64,000 bases of DNA from Nitrospirota bacterium (GTDB lineage Bacteria; Nitrospirota; UBA9217): NCBI GenBank assembly GCA_963663225.1, contig OY760142.1, forward strand, positions 1,696,001 through 1,760,000. Reading direction: 5' to 3'. The translations under genes were made by a program, and so were the position numbers. How positions within the stretch are numbered: the first letter of the stretch is position 1; each line of letters opens with the position of its first letter. The notes beneath the pieces are model-generated. The model was not told the origin of the DNA. It saw only the letters and a program-made list of their open reading frames with translations, and did no database searches. Below, one piece after another: positions 48,784 through 59,236 of the stretch.

Positions 48784-48999
48784 GCTGAAAAACCAATCTG
48801 ATGGGTTGCTTTCACGTCGTTCCCGCATAAATTTTCAGCACAATCTTTCCTGCTTTCGGCTCCATAGCGATTAAGTATTATATTACTTGTTCGTCGCGTC
48901 GAGCTGCTCAAATTTTTCTTGGAAAAACATAAAAAATGATGTAAAATTTGAAAAACTGCATTACTGGCCAATCTGCAGTTCAGAAAAAGGGCGGTCTAC

Positions 49000-51624
49000 T
49001 TGAAAAAGTTTTTTTCACTATCCATCCGGGCCCGACTGTTCCTGATTACCCTGATAGTGGCCCTTCCTGCGGCGGGGATCATTATTTACTCCGGATTGAA
49101 GCTGCGGGATGAGGCAATTCAGGATGCGCGCGAAGAAACCCGGAAAATCGCGGAGAGCATTGCCGCGGAACAGCAAAGCCTTGTTACAGCCGCGCAGCAG
49201 CTTATCATAGCCTTAACTCAATTGCCTGATGTCAAAAATCAGAATCCCTCCCGTGTCCAGCCTGTTTTAAAAAATATCCTCGCGTTAAACGAACAATATT
49301 CGAATATCTTCATAGCCGACCGCAGCGGCCGTGTCTGGGCAACGGCGGTGCCGGTAAAGCCGCCGTTCATTATTTCCGACCGCCGGTATTTCGTGAATGC
49401 GATCGCAAGCGGCCGCCTGTCATCCGGGGAGTTTATCATCAGCAGGGCCACGGAAAAACCCTCGTTTAATTTTGCCTATCCCCTGCGAAACGAACGCGGT
49501 GAAATTACCGGAACAATCAATGTCGGGTTTGTAACGGATTCCTTTACGCCGTTACTGGAGCGCACCAACCTGCCGCAGGGAACAGTTTACATGCTTCTTG
49601 ACCATGCGGGACGCGTGATGAGCAAATCCATCGATCCCGCGAAGTACCTTGGAAAGCAGATTGCCCCAGCGCTTTTTGCGCGCATGAAAAAAGGCGCTGT
49701 CATGGAGACGTTCATCGGCGTCGATTTTGACGGCACTGAACGCATTATAACCTACCGTAAACTGCATCTTGCGGGAGAAGAATCTCCCTACATGTATGTC
49801 CGTGCCGGCATCCCGGTCACCGTCGTTTTGTTCGATGCGAACAAGGTGCTGTTCGGTAATTTGGCGTTGTACTCGTCTTTTCTTTTGCTCGCGTTTTTCG
49901 TCGCCTCCTACATCGGCAAACGTTTGATTGCTGATCGCATCAGCCTTTTGGAAAAGGCCTCCCGCGACCTTGCCCACGGAGATCTGCAGACCAGAATTTC
50001 CGACCTCGTCGCCGGCGGCGAACTGGGGAACCTGGGCCGGACATTCGACGACATGGCGAGTCAGCTTGCAGCGCGGGAACAAGCGCTGGTTGAAAGTGAA
50101 AAAAATTATCGCGAAATATTCAACACCTCGCAAGACGCCATATGTGTACTGAATGCAGTGTCCGGGGAAATTACGGAAATGAACAAGACCGTTGAAACAA
50201 TGTTTGGGTATTCCCGGAAAGAGCTGCTTCATCAGACAGTGGAGGCAATCAGCGCAGGGGAACCTCCCTACTCACGGCAGGAAGCTTTGGAATGGATCCA
50301 AAAGTCATTTCAGGAAGGGCATCAGCTGTTCGAATGGTTGTGCAAAAAGAAGAACGGAGAACTGTTCTGGACGGAAGTGGTTCTGTCAGCCACTCATGTT
50401 GGAGAAAAAGGACGCGTGCTTGCGGTCATCAGAGATATTTCCGAGCGCAAGCGGGCGGAAGAAGAGAAGCAGAATCTGCAGCTGCAACTGGTCCAGTCGC
50501 AAAAAATGGAGTCCATCGGCCGTCTGGCGGGTGGTGTTGCGCATGATTTCAACAACATGCTGAGCGTCATCCTGGGCTATACGGAATTAATAAAAAACCG
50601 CTTGCCAGGAAATGATCCCTTTCTTCCCGACCTTCAGGCAATAGAAAAGGCGGCCTGCCATGCCCGTGACGTGACTACCCAGCTTCTTGCGTTTTCCCGA
50701 AAACAGGTCATCGTGCCTGTGCCGATAAACCTGAACGACATTATCGCCGACACCCAAAAAACGCTTGCTCCACTTATCGGGGAAGACATCGAGCTTCTGT
50801 TTGAACCGAGCATCTCTCTTTGGAACATCATGTTCGACCCTTCACAAATCAAGCAGATTCTCGTAAATTTGGCGGTGAACGCCCGGGATGCCATGCCTGC
50901 CGGCGGCAAACTTATCATCAAAACGACCAACAAATCCATACGGGATTTCCACTATCACGACCACGGCCCACATATCCTGGGAGACTATGTGCTTCTGGAA
51001 GTGAGCGACAATGGACATGGTATGGATGCGGAGACCATTTCCCACATATTCGAACCGTTTTTTACCACAAAGGGTGTTGGCGAGGGGACCGGGCTTGGGC
51101 TTGCCACGGTCTACGGGATTGTCGAACAAAACGGAGGGTTTGTCAGCGTTTCCAGCATGCAGGATGTGGGGACCACGTTCAGCGTGTATATTCCAAAAAG
51201 CATGGAGCAGCCGGCAAAACCTGCACAAACTGAAGCAATACAAGCTTCTACCGGAACCGGCAGAATCCTGCTGGTCGAAGATGATTCTATGGTGTCCAAA
51301 TTGCTGGTCGATATGCTTTCTTCAATCGGGTACACGGTTTTTCTGGCGAACAAACCTGCCGATGCGGTATCCTTGTGCACAAAAAGCGAAATAGAAATCG
51401 ATCTTCTCATCACGGATGTTATCATGCCGGATATGAACGGCAGGGAATTAAGAGACCAGATCAAGCTGCTTCGTCCGGAAATCAAAGTCCTGTTCATGTC
51501 CGGCTACGCATCAGATGTAATTGTGCACCAGGGCATTCCGGAAGAAGAGATGCACTTCATACAAAAGCCGTTCAGTATTGCTGATGTCGCACACAAGATC
51601 CAGGACGTGCTCAGAGCTTCATAA
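49000..51624 (+). CDS. Hybrid sensor histidine kinase (Cache-HAMP-PAS-HisKA-HATPase-REC)
   Basis: Two TM segments, GGVAHDFNN H-box, NLAVNARDAM, FEPFFTTK, GTGLGL and C-terminal LLITDVIMP...MSGY...KPF. Confidence 0.95.
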   Translation: MKKFFSLSIRARLFLITLIVALPAAGIIIYSGLKLRDEAIQDAREETRKIAESIAAEQQSLVTAAQQLIIALTQLPDVKNQNPSRVQPVLKNILALNEQYSNIFIADRSGRVWATAVPVKPPFIISDRRYFVNAIASGRLSSGEFIISRATEKPSFNFAYPLRNERGEITGTINVGFVTDSFTPLLERTNLPQGTVYMLLDHAGRVMSKSIDPAKYLGKQIAPALFARMKKGAVMETFIGVDFDGTERIITYRKLHLAGEESPYMYVRAGIPVTVVLFDANKVLFGNLALYSSFLLLAFFVASYIGKRLIADRISLLEKASRDLAHGDLQTRISDLVAGGELGNLGRTFDDMASQLAAREQALVESEKNYREIFNTSQDAICVLNAVSGEITEMNKTVETMFGYSRKELLHQTVEAISAGEPPYSRQEALEWIQKSFQEGHQLFEWLCKKKNGELFWTEVVLSATHVGEKGRVLAVIRDISERKRAEEEKQNLQLQLVQSQKMESIGRLAGGVAHDFNNMLSVILGYTELIKNRLPGNDPFLPDLQAIEKAACHARDVTTQLLAFSRKQVIVPVPINLNDIIADTQKTLAPLIGEDIELLFEPSISLWNIMFDPSQIKQILVNLAVNARDAMPAGGKLIIKTTNKSIRDFHYHDHGPHILGDYVLLEVSDNGHGMDAETISHIFEPFFTTKGVGEGTGLGLATVYGIVEQNGGFVSVSSMQDVGTTFSVYIPKSMEQPAKPAQTEAIQASTGTGRILLVEDDSMVSKLLVDMLSSIGYTVFLANKPADAVSLCTKSEIEIDLLITDVIMPDMNGRELRDQIKLLRPEIKVLFMSGYASDVIVHQGIPEEEMHFIQKPFSIADVAHKIQDVLRAS

Positions 51625-51654
51625 CGGCCGGTTCCGTGGTCTGGAGACGCAGGG

Positions 51655-52704
51655 ATGCTTCAAAAAAAGCTCCATTCACTGTTTCTTCCCCGTTTTGACT
51701 GGATTCAGGTCGAGGTAACCTCGTTTTGCAATGCTTCGTGTTTTTACTGTCCGCATACGGTTTACCGCGAGCGCTGGACCAGCAGGCATATGCCTCTTGA
51801 AATGTTCAAGCGGCTCATTCCGGTTTTAAAAAAAACAAAACTTGTCTACCTCCAGGGCTGGGGCGAGCCTTTCCTGCATCCTGATTTTTTCTCCCTGGCC
51901 GCGCTGGCCAGGGAAGCCGGCTGCAGCGTGGGAACGACGACAAACGGCATGAACCTAGACAGCGCCTGGGTTGAACGGATAATCCAATCTCGGCTGGATA
52001 TTCTTGGTTTTTCTCTTGCCCATACGGATTCCCAGAATGATTTTTTAAGGCAGGGCACGCACTTGGAGCAGGTGCTCGGCCTGATCCGCAGCGTAACGGA
52101 GGCAAAACGGAAGGCCGGAACGGAAAAGCCGGTTATTCATGTCGCATATTTGCTGCTGGAATCAAACAAACGCGACGCGCGGCGCCTCCCCGGGCTGCTG
52201 AACGGCCTTGGCGTTCATGAAGTGGTGATCAGCACGCTTGACTGCGTCGCTGCTCCGGAACTCAAAAAAGAATTGGTGGAGCTTGGCACGGAAGATGAGC
52301 GCGAGCGGCTCCGTGATTATTTAAAAAGCATCTGCGCTGAGGGAGAACGCGCTGGTCTGCCGATCCACTACCAAATTGGAAATTGCGGTCGGAAGAAGCT
52401 GTACTGCAGCGAGAACATCCAAAAAGCGGCGGTCATTTCAGCCTCAGGGGATGTGTTTCCCTGCGTTTTTATGAATTTGGCGCCGGAGGAACCGAACAAC
52501 GCACATGATCAACGTTCTGCGGAGCGCGTTTGTTTTGGAAACATCGCTCAAGAGCCGCTTGAAAAAATTTGGAGAAGTGACGCATACAAAAAATTCCGCC
52601 GTTCCTTTTCCCGGGAGCGCCTTGCGCCCAGGTGCGCGCATTGTCTGAAACTGTATCTCGACAGCGGAGGTCCGTCCTCACCACAACAATCGCAGTCATT
52701 TTGA
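51655..52704 (+). CDS. Radical SAM protein with a SPASM/twitch domain
   Basis: CNASCFYC and LQGWGEP, with C-terminal C...GDVFPC...FGNI...C..C. Confidence 0.9.
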   Translation: MLQKKLHSLFLPRFDWIQVEVTSFCNASCFYCPHTVYRERWTSRHMPLEMFKRLIPVLKKTKLVYLQGWGEPFLHPDFFSLAALAREAGCSVGTTTNGMNLDSAWVERIIQSRLDILGFSLAHTDSQNDFLRQGTHLEQVLGLIRSVTEAKRKAGTEKPVIHVAYLLLESNKRDARRLPGLLNGLGVHEVVISTLDCVAAPELKKELVELGTEDERERLRDYLKSICAEGERAGLPIHYQIGNCGRKKLYCSENIQKAAVISASGDVFPCVFMNLAPEEPNNAHDQRSAERVCFGNIAQEPLEKIWRSDAYKKFRRSFSRERLAPRCAHCLKLYLDSGGPSSPQQSQSF

Positions 52705-52812
52705 TACCGAACTGCTTTCCGCATACAGAAACAGGATGGTTGGTCTCTCTCCCGACGGAGCCGGTACGCGCGCGGGAATTTTAAAAAATACTACGACACA
52801 GGATAAACAAGC

Positions 52813-54111
52813 ATGAGACCGCGTGTTCTGCTTATCAATCCATGGATATATGACTTCGCGGCGTACAATCTCTGGTCAAGCCCGCTGGGTTTGCTGAAAG
52901 TTGCGGAATATCTGAGCCGCTGTGAGGTTGAACTTTTCCTGATCGACTGCACCGATTCATTTGGCGCGAAGCAGTACGGCACCGGAAAATACCGCACCCA
53001 GCACGTGCCGAAGCCGGATTTGCTGAAAAGCGTTCCGAGATACTACAAACGATACGGCATGGACGTTGATGAGTTCATAGCCAGGATCAAGTCCTGCCTG
53101 CCTGTGGATATGGTGCTGGTGACTTCGATCATGAGTTACTGGTACCCCGGCGTGCAGGAAACGATCAGAACCGTAAAAAAAGCCGTCCATGACGTTCCTG
53201 TCGTGCTTGGAGGCATTTATCCAACGCTCTATCCGGAGCATGCGGCGGCACATTCCGGCGCAGATCATATCTATTCCGGGCCGGCGGATGAACGCCTTTT
53301 TCCTTTTTTGCAGGAGTGCGGACTGCCACTCAGTTCTCCGCGCGATCCCCTGCCGTATTATGAGCTTGGCCTGGACGTGCAAAACCGCTTTGCTCCTCTC
53401 CAGACTTCATCCGGCTGCCCTTTTACTTGCTCCTACTGCGCCTCGCAATTCTTGTCTTCCGGTTATGAGCGAAGATCTCACGAGGATGTTTCGAAGGAGA
53501 TTTCGGCGCTCTCCGGCAGAGGAATCCGCGATTTTGCTTTTTATGATGATGCGCTGCTATATGATGCAGACAATCATATTAAACCGCTCTTAGAGATGAT
53601 TATTCAGCAGGGTTTTTCCGTCAGGCTTCATGCCCCCAATGGATTGCACGCGCGTTTTCTGGATGCAATAACGGCAGGTCTCATGATGAACAGTGGATTC
53701 AGGACCGTGCGCCTCAGTTTCGAAACATCCGATCCCGTGCGGCAGGAGCGCACCGGCAGCAAGGTTTCGACAGGGGATATTGCTCAGGCAATCGGGGTAT
53801 TACAAAAGCATGGGTTTTTCAAGGAGCAGATCGGGGTATATCTTTTATTCGGTCTACCCGGGCAGGGATTGGATGAAGTGGAGGACGGAATAGCAATTCT
53901 GCAGAAATTCAATGTGCGGATTTTTCTGTCCGAGTTTTCCCCCATCAAAGGCACGGCATGCTGGAATGAACTGGTGCAAGAGGGGACCATTCCCGATGAT
54001 CTCGATCCGCTTTATACCAACAACACAGTCTTTTCATTTCTGTATTCCGGTTATGACCATGCACGGGTAAGCCGGATAAAGCTCAGGGTGAAGGAATACA
54101 ACAAACAATAG
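52813..54111 (+). CDS. B12-binding-domain radical SAM protein
   Basis: INPWIYDFAAY, MSYWYPG, LGGIY, SGCPFTCSYC and FYDDALL motifs. Confidence 0.9.
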   Translation: MRPRVLLINPWIYDFAAYNLWSSPLGLLKVAEYLSRCEVELFLIDCTDSFGAKQYGTGKYRTQHVPKPDLLKSVPRYYKRYGMDVDEFIARIKSCLPVDMVLVTSIMSYWYPGVQETIRTVKKAVHDVPVVLGGIYPTLYPEHAAAHSGADHIYSGPADERLFPFLQECGLPLSSPRDPLPYYELGLDVQNRFAPLQTSSGCPFTCSYCASQFLSSGYERRSHEDVSKEISALSGRGIRDFAFYDDALLYDADNHIKPLLEMIIQQGFSVRLHAPNGLHARFLDAITAGLMMNSGFRTVRLSFETSDPVRQERTGSKVSTGDIAQAIGVLQKHGFFKEQIGVYLLFGLPGQGLDEVEDGIAILQKFNVRIFLSEFSPIKGTACWNELVQEGTIPDDLDPLYTNNTVFSFLYSGYDHARVSRIKLRVKEYNKQ

Positions 54112-54185
54112 GCAGCCAGCAGCAGAAAGAGTGCTGTTGCCGGGAATCGATGCCGCCGATTGTGAAATATGCGGTGCCGATGGGA

Positions 54186-55052
54186 CTATTTCCCATCCCA
54201 CCCCGCGAGGCGCGCCATCATGACCCAGAATGCCTTTGCTTTCAGTTTGCAGACATACGCCATGGAAGCGTCGCCGCCTTGAACGCTCCCGTCCGAATGT
54301 CCGCAGGAGGCCGGAATATCGGCGCAATCCGCGGGATGGGCAGCGCACCATTTCGGGCACCAGCTGCATTCGCCGTTTATTCCTCCGGACCCGGAATAGT
54401 ATTTCCCATTCGGATCGTAGGATTCGATGTCGGCAAAATCAAAAAGTACTTTTCCGTTTTTTCTGGCATACTCCCGGATACGGTCGTTGTTTCTGCTGAG
54501 CGTGGCGCTCCCTCCGTCCACGTGTCCGGTCATATAGATGAAGCGCATATGCTTGAACTCCGATTCCAGCTGGTTCATCTTTTTCAGATAGGTATTGACG
54601 AAATCCGCGTTTGAAGACGACATCTCTCCGCACCATGAGTACATCGAAAAATTGAATTCGCCCATCCGGGAGGCGCGTCTGGTTCTTTCCATCCCGGATT
54701 CAGTGCTCCAATAGGATTCCGGTCCCAGGCTTTCTCGATAGATGCGGAGAACGGGCGGGTTTTCTTTCGGCGGCAGTCCGGGGGCCGAGGAGAACATGAC
54801 TGCAACGCGGTAATTCGGATTTGCTTTTCCGAGCGTTTCAAGGCCGGTGATGATTTGCTTGCCGTGTGACAGGTGTATATAGTAAAGAGTCGATTCTCTG
54901 GCCTTGTCGAGATACTTTTTCGGGATTCGGTCGAACGCCGCCACCGACGTGTGGTCGATGATAAGCGCCTCAGGCAGTACGCGGTCTTCGCATGTTCCGT
55001 TGGAAACCGCCAGAATAAGAAAAAGTATTGCTGCGGCTGCTGTCCTTGTCAT
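54186..55052 (-). CDS. Secreted hypothetical protein (possible SGNH-like fold) with a Cys-rich C-terminus
   Basis: Signal peptide, IIDHT, H.SHG.Q, SWCG, YMTGH.DG and FDFADIESYDP blocks. Start trimmed to ATG 55052. Confidence 0.7.
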   Translation of the reverse strand: MTRTAAAAILFLILAVSNGTCEDRVLPEALIIDHTSVAAFDRIPKKYLDKARESTLYYIHLSHGKQIITGLETLGKANPNYRVAVMFSSAPGLPPKENPPVLRIYRESLGPESYWSTESGMERTRRASRMGEFNFSMYSWCGEMSSSNADFVNTYLKKMNQLESEFKHMRFIYMTGHVDGGSATLSRNNDRIREYARKNGKVLFDFADIESYDPNGKYYSGSGGINGECSWCPKWCAAHPADCADIPASCGHSDGSVQGGDASMAYVCKLKAKAFWVMMARLAGWDGK

Positions 55053-55285
55053 GTCGCATGCCCGCCTTTCTTCTCCGGAGTGTGCTGATAAGGAATGCAA
55101 TTTTATAATAGCACAACCCGTGGTTCTTGAATAGAGCATTGCAGATTTCGTGAATGATTTTTGCCCTGTTTCGGTTGTGTGTGCATCCAGCAAGATCGCC
55201 TGCGGACTGCGACTTGAACCCGCGGTTTTTTGTCTTTGACATTTGAAGGATATGCAGTATACTTCGCCGACGCGAGGGCTCTCCT

Positions 55286-56161
55286 ATGCCGGAATACATC
55301 GGTACCGTCATCAGGCCTCCGAGCGAGGCCGACAGTCTGGTTCTTCAGTACACCATCGGGTGTTCCCACAACCGCTGCGTTTTCTGCCCTGCCTATAAAC
55401 AGAAACAGTTCCGTGTACGGAGCATTCGTGAAATGGAAACAGACATTGAGTCCTGCTTGCCTTCCTGCCGCGATGCGCGCAGGATTTTCCTGGCTGACGG
55501 TGATGCGCTCGCGGCTCCCCAGGAGGAGTTGCTTGCGCTGTTTGCTCTTTTGCACGCTCGTTTCCCCCGGCTATCACGCATCAGCATGTACGCAAACGCA
55601 GGGAGTGTCCTCGGCAAAAGCGTAGCAGAACTCGCACAACTCCGTGAACAAGGCCTGGGCATTCTCTATCTGGGCGTTGAATCCGGAGACGACAATGTGC
55701 TCGACTGGATGCAAAAAGGGGTAACGTCCGACGAAATGCTGGAGGCAGGCAGACGCGTGAAGGAATCGGGAATAAAGTTGTCGGTCACGGTTTTGCTCGG
55801 CATCGGTGGAAGCACCTGGAGCAAACAGCACGCACAGGCAACCGGAAGACTGCTTTCAAAACTAAAGCCGGACCACGTTGGAGCTCTTACCACCATGGTG
55901 GTTCCCGACACGCCGCTCCACCTGTTGAAGGAGGCAGGTGATTTCAGCCTTCCCGATCCATTCTCTCTCTTGCTTGAACTTGCCGAAATGATCGAGCACA
56001 CGGAAATGCGGGGGCTTTTCTTTGCGAATCATGCATCGAACTACCTGCCGCTGAGGGTCCGCATGCCGGTGCAGCGCACCGCGGCGGTCGCGATGATCAG
56101 GCAGTGCGTGCACCATGCGGATGAATCCCTCTTAAAACCGGAATGGCTGAGAGGGTTGTGA
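55286..56161 (+). CDS. Radical SAM protein
   Basis: IRPPSEA.S, GCSHNRCVFC, FLADGDAL, G.ESG and NHASNY motifs. Confidence 0.9.
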   Translation: MPEYIGTVIRPPSEADSLVLQYTIGCSHNRCVFCPAYKQKQFRVRSIREMETDIESCLPSCRDARRIFLADGDALAAPQEELLALFALLHARFPRLSRISMYANAGSVLGKSVAELAQLREQGLGILYLGVESGDDNVLDWMQKGVTSDEMLEAGRRVKESGIKLSVTVLLGIGGSTWSKQHAQATGRLLSKLKPDHVGALTTMVVPDTPLHLLKEAGDFSLPDPFSLLLELAEMIEHTEMRGLFFANHASNYLPLRVRMPVQRTAAVAMIRQCVHHADESLLKPEWLRGL

Positions 56162-56312
56162 AAAATAGCTGTTTTGCACGGAAATCAAGAGATAAAGGGA
56201 GGAACCCCTCCCCGTGAAGGGGGGTATCAAATTCACGGGGAGGGGGGAAACGACTGATATTCACTGCCGGGAAGGTTGCCGGCGTTTGAGAAAGAATTCA
56301 GGATTGCTTTGT

Positions 56313-56648
56313 CTACTTCTGCTGTTCCATCGGAGGTTGCTGGACCGGTCCTCGCCGATTTTTATCTGCAGATCTCATAGGATGGTGGGGCCTGCATTTC
56401 TTCAGCTCGCCGGGAGTTTTCGCGGCTTCTACACAGGTTTTTTCCTCGTCAAGTTTTGCCTTCCTTGCATCAATCATTTTCAAAATGCGCGATTTCAGAG
56501 CGGTGAACTGCTCCGGAGTCATCTGTTTTTCAGCTCCCTGCTGGACAGCAGGACCTGGATCGCCGCCGGGAGCCTGCTGTGCAACGGCGGTCAACGCGAA
56601 TACACCCATCATAAGTACTGCGGCCATGAAACTGGATACTGTTCTCAT
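56313..56648 (-). CDS. Small secreted helical protein
   Basis: GGAGGA RBS, signal peptide AVA-Q and a C-x11-C pair (CVEAAKTPGELKKC). Confidence 0.7.
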   Translation of the reverse strand: MRTVSSFMAAVLMMGVFALTAVAQQAPGGDPGPAVQQGAEKQMTPEQFTALKSRILKMIDARKAKLDEEKTCVEAAKTPGELKKCRPHHPMRSADKNRRGPVQQPPMEQQK

Positions 56649-56929
56649 CATGATCCTCCTCCGGGGAAACAAACGTTCTCAACAAGCGATTATAATCATG
56701 AGACAATGAATGCCGGAAAAAGTTTAATGGATTTTTTTTCGTTCGGAGCGCGAGCAATCAGGCAGCGACGGTTTGCATCGCGCCACTGGTGGGAGCTTAG
56801 TTTGTGCTGTTCTTTGCTTTTTGTCTGTGGTATAGTAATTTATTCTCTGTTTTGACGAAGTAGTCCGTCCTGGCAAGGGAATTTCCATCCGGTGCCGGAC
56901 GCACCGCGCGGCATTTCCCGGAGGAAAGT

Positions 56930-57694
56930 ATGCTCGTAGCCATTGACATCGGCAATACCAACATTGTTCTTGGAGTGTTCGACCATGACAAGCTTATGGA
57001 AAACTGGCGCGTCGGCACCAACGCCCAGATAACGCCGGATGAATACGCCATGACCATCAAGGACCTGTTTAACTTTGCGGGCATCGAATTCAAACAGATT
57101 ACCGGAGTCATTATCTCGACGGTGGTGCCGCCCCTGCTGCCGGTTATGGTCGAGATGTCGAGAAAATATTTTCATATCGAGCCCATGGTGGTGACGCACC
57201 AGCTCAAGACCGGAATTACCATTCGCTATGACAACCCGAAGGAACTGGGGGCGGACAGGATTGTGAATGCGGCGGCCGCGTATAAAATTTACGGCGGGCC
57301 GATTATCATTGTCGATTTCGGCACGGCAACGACATTCTGCGCGGTAACAAAAGACGGGGAGTATCTGGGAGGGGCCATTACGCCCGGCGTCAAGATATCC
57401 GCCGAGGCCCTGTTCCAGAGGGCATCCAAACTTCCGCGGGTAGAACTCACAAAACCGCCCACGGTCATCGGAACCGACACCACGAGCGCCATGCAGGCAG
57501 GAATTATCTACGGTTATGCCGGTCTGGTGGATGGCATTGTCGAACGGATGAAAAAAGAGTTGTCATCCCTCTCCAAAGTAGTAGCCACCGGCGGTCTGGC
57601 CGAACTGGTATCGTCTGAGACCAAGACACCTCTGGAAGTAAAACCTCATTTGACCCTCGAAGGCTTGCGGCTTCTTTACGAAATAAACCACTGA
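56930..57694 (+). CDS. coaX: Type III pantothenate kinase
   Basis: IDIGNT, LGADR and VDFGTATT motifs. Confidence 0.96.
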   Translation: MLVAIDIGNTNIVLGVFDHDKLMENWRVGTNAQITPDEYAMTIKDLFNFAGIEFKQITGVIISTVVPPLLPVMVEMSRKYFHIEPMVVTHQLKTGITIRYDNPKELGADRIVNAAAAYKIYGGPIIIVDFGTATTFCAVTKDGEYLGGAITPGVKISAEALFQRASKLPRVELTKPPTVIGTDTTSAMQAGIIYGYAGLVDGIVERMKKELSSLSKVVATGGLAELVSSETKTPLEVKPHLTLEGLRLLYEINH

Positions 57695-57833
57695 TATTTC
57701 AGCAGGTAAGACCTTTCCTCCAGGCATTTTTCGTTTGGTTTTACCGTTGTGCAGCCGTCTTTTTCCCGGCCTGCCTTGACGGTTGTTTTTTTTTATGATA
57801 TTTTTAATTCATTGATATTTTGAGGATAAGTTG

Positions 57834-58211
57834 ATGAAAATCCTTGTTGTCGATGATGAAGAAGGCGCGCAGGAACTTTTTAATATTATTTTGACCGACG
57901 AAGGCTACGACGTTTCCCTTGCGAGTTGCGCCGATGAAGCGCTTGCCCTCCTCAAAAACAATACATTCAATCTGGTTATTAGCGACATTAAAATGCCGAA
58001 GATGGACGGTCTCCAGCTTCTTCAGGAAATACGGAAGACAGGATATAAAACCGACGTCATTATGGTCACGGCGTACGGCGAGGTGGAGAGCTACCTCAAG
58101 GCAATGAGTCTTGGTGCTGCAGAATACATCAACAAACCCATCCGCATTAAAGAACTGAAACGGATTGTGCATAAAGTTCTGACAGAGCAGAAGGCGAGGT
58201 CAGGAAACTAA
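57834..58211 (+). CDS. Single-domain response regulator
   Basis: ILVVDDE, SDIKMP.MDG, TAYG and KP motifs. Confidence 0.93.
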   Translation: MKILVVDDEEGAQELFNIILTDEGYDVSLASCADEALALLKNNTFNLVISDIKMPKMDGLQLLQEIRKTGYKTDVIMVTAYGEVESYLKAMSLGAAEYINKPIRIKELKRIVHKVLTEQKARSGN

Positions 58212-59236
58212 TGTCACGTCTGCGCAAGGACCCGATCGTCGGCCGCTGGATCATCATCTCAACGGATCACCCCAAAAAACCGCAGGATTACAGTTTTGAA
58301 GAACCGGTAGACACGGTAAAACCGTCGGAGTGCCCCTTTTGCGGCGGCAATGAAGCGAAAACCACTCCCGAAATCGCATCCTTCCGGCCTGACAAAACCC
58401 TTCCAAACAGCTCGGGCTGGTGGGTGCGCGTGATACCGAATAAATTTCCGGTGCTTCAAATAGAGGGAAATCTGGAGCGCGAGGGCAGCGGAATTTACGA
58501 CTGGATGAACGGCATTGGCGCACATGAAATCATCATTGAAAGTCCGGAGCATTCACTCCGCCTGGAAGACCTGCCGGAAAGCCAGGTTGAGAAGGTTCTC
58601 TGGGCATACCGCGACCGCATCCTCGATTTGGAGAGGGACAGCCGACTTCGCTATGTGCTGGTTTTCAAAAACCAGGGATGGGCAGCCGGATCGACGCTGA
58701 ACCACACGCATTCGCAGATTATTGCGACGCCGGTCATTCCAAAATTTGTGAAGGAAAAACTTGACGGGGCCAAGTCCTATTTCGATTATAAGGAGCGGTG
58801 CATTTTCTGCGACGTCATTCATCAGGAACTGGCATCATCGGAACGCATTGTGGAGGAAACCCGCCATTTCGTGGTTATGGTCCCCTTTGCCCCTCGGTTT
58901 CCCTTTGAAATCTGGATTTACCCCAAAAAACATCTGTGTTCCTACGTGGATGTCAGCAAGGAAGAGATTATGGATTTTTCCCGGACGCTGAAGAACACGC
59001 TGTGCCGCCTCGGCAAGGTGCTGAACAATCCGCCGTACAATTTCATGCTCTACACGTCACCCAACAGAGTCCCGCGCAGGGGACACTGGCACACGCTGAA
59101 TGATGATTTTCACTGGCACCTTGAAATTACGCCGCGCATTACCCGGATTGCAGGGTTCGAATGGGGGGCAGGATTTTACATCAATCCAACTCCGCCCGAA
59201 GACGCGGCGAAGTATTTGAGAGATGTAAAACTCTAG
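58211..59236 (+). CDS. galT: Galactose-1-phosphate uridylyltransferase family (GalT/HIT) protein
   Basis: LR.DP, CPFC, NKFP, G.HE.IIE, HTHSQ, CIFC, HWH.EI.PR and AGFEWG motifs. Confidence 0.92.
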   Translation: MSRLRKDPIVGRWIIISTDHPKKPQDYSFEEPVDTVKPSECPFCGGNEAKTTPEIASFRPDKTLPNSSGWWVRVIPNKFPVLQIEGNLEREGSGIYDWMNGIGAHEIIIESPEHSLRLEDLPESQVEKVLWAYRDRILDLERDSRLRYVLVFKNQGWAAGSTLNHTHSQIIATPVIPKFVKEKLDGAKSYFDYKERCIFCDVIHQELASSERIVEETRHFVVMVPFAPRFPFEIWIYPKKHLCSYVDVSKEEIMDFSRTLKNTLCRLGKVLNNPPYNFMLYTSPNRVPRRGHWHTLNDDFHWHLEITPRITRIAGFEWGAGFYINPTPPEDAAKYLRDVKL

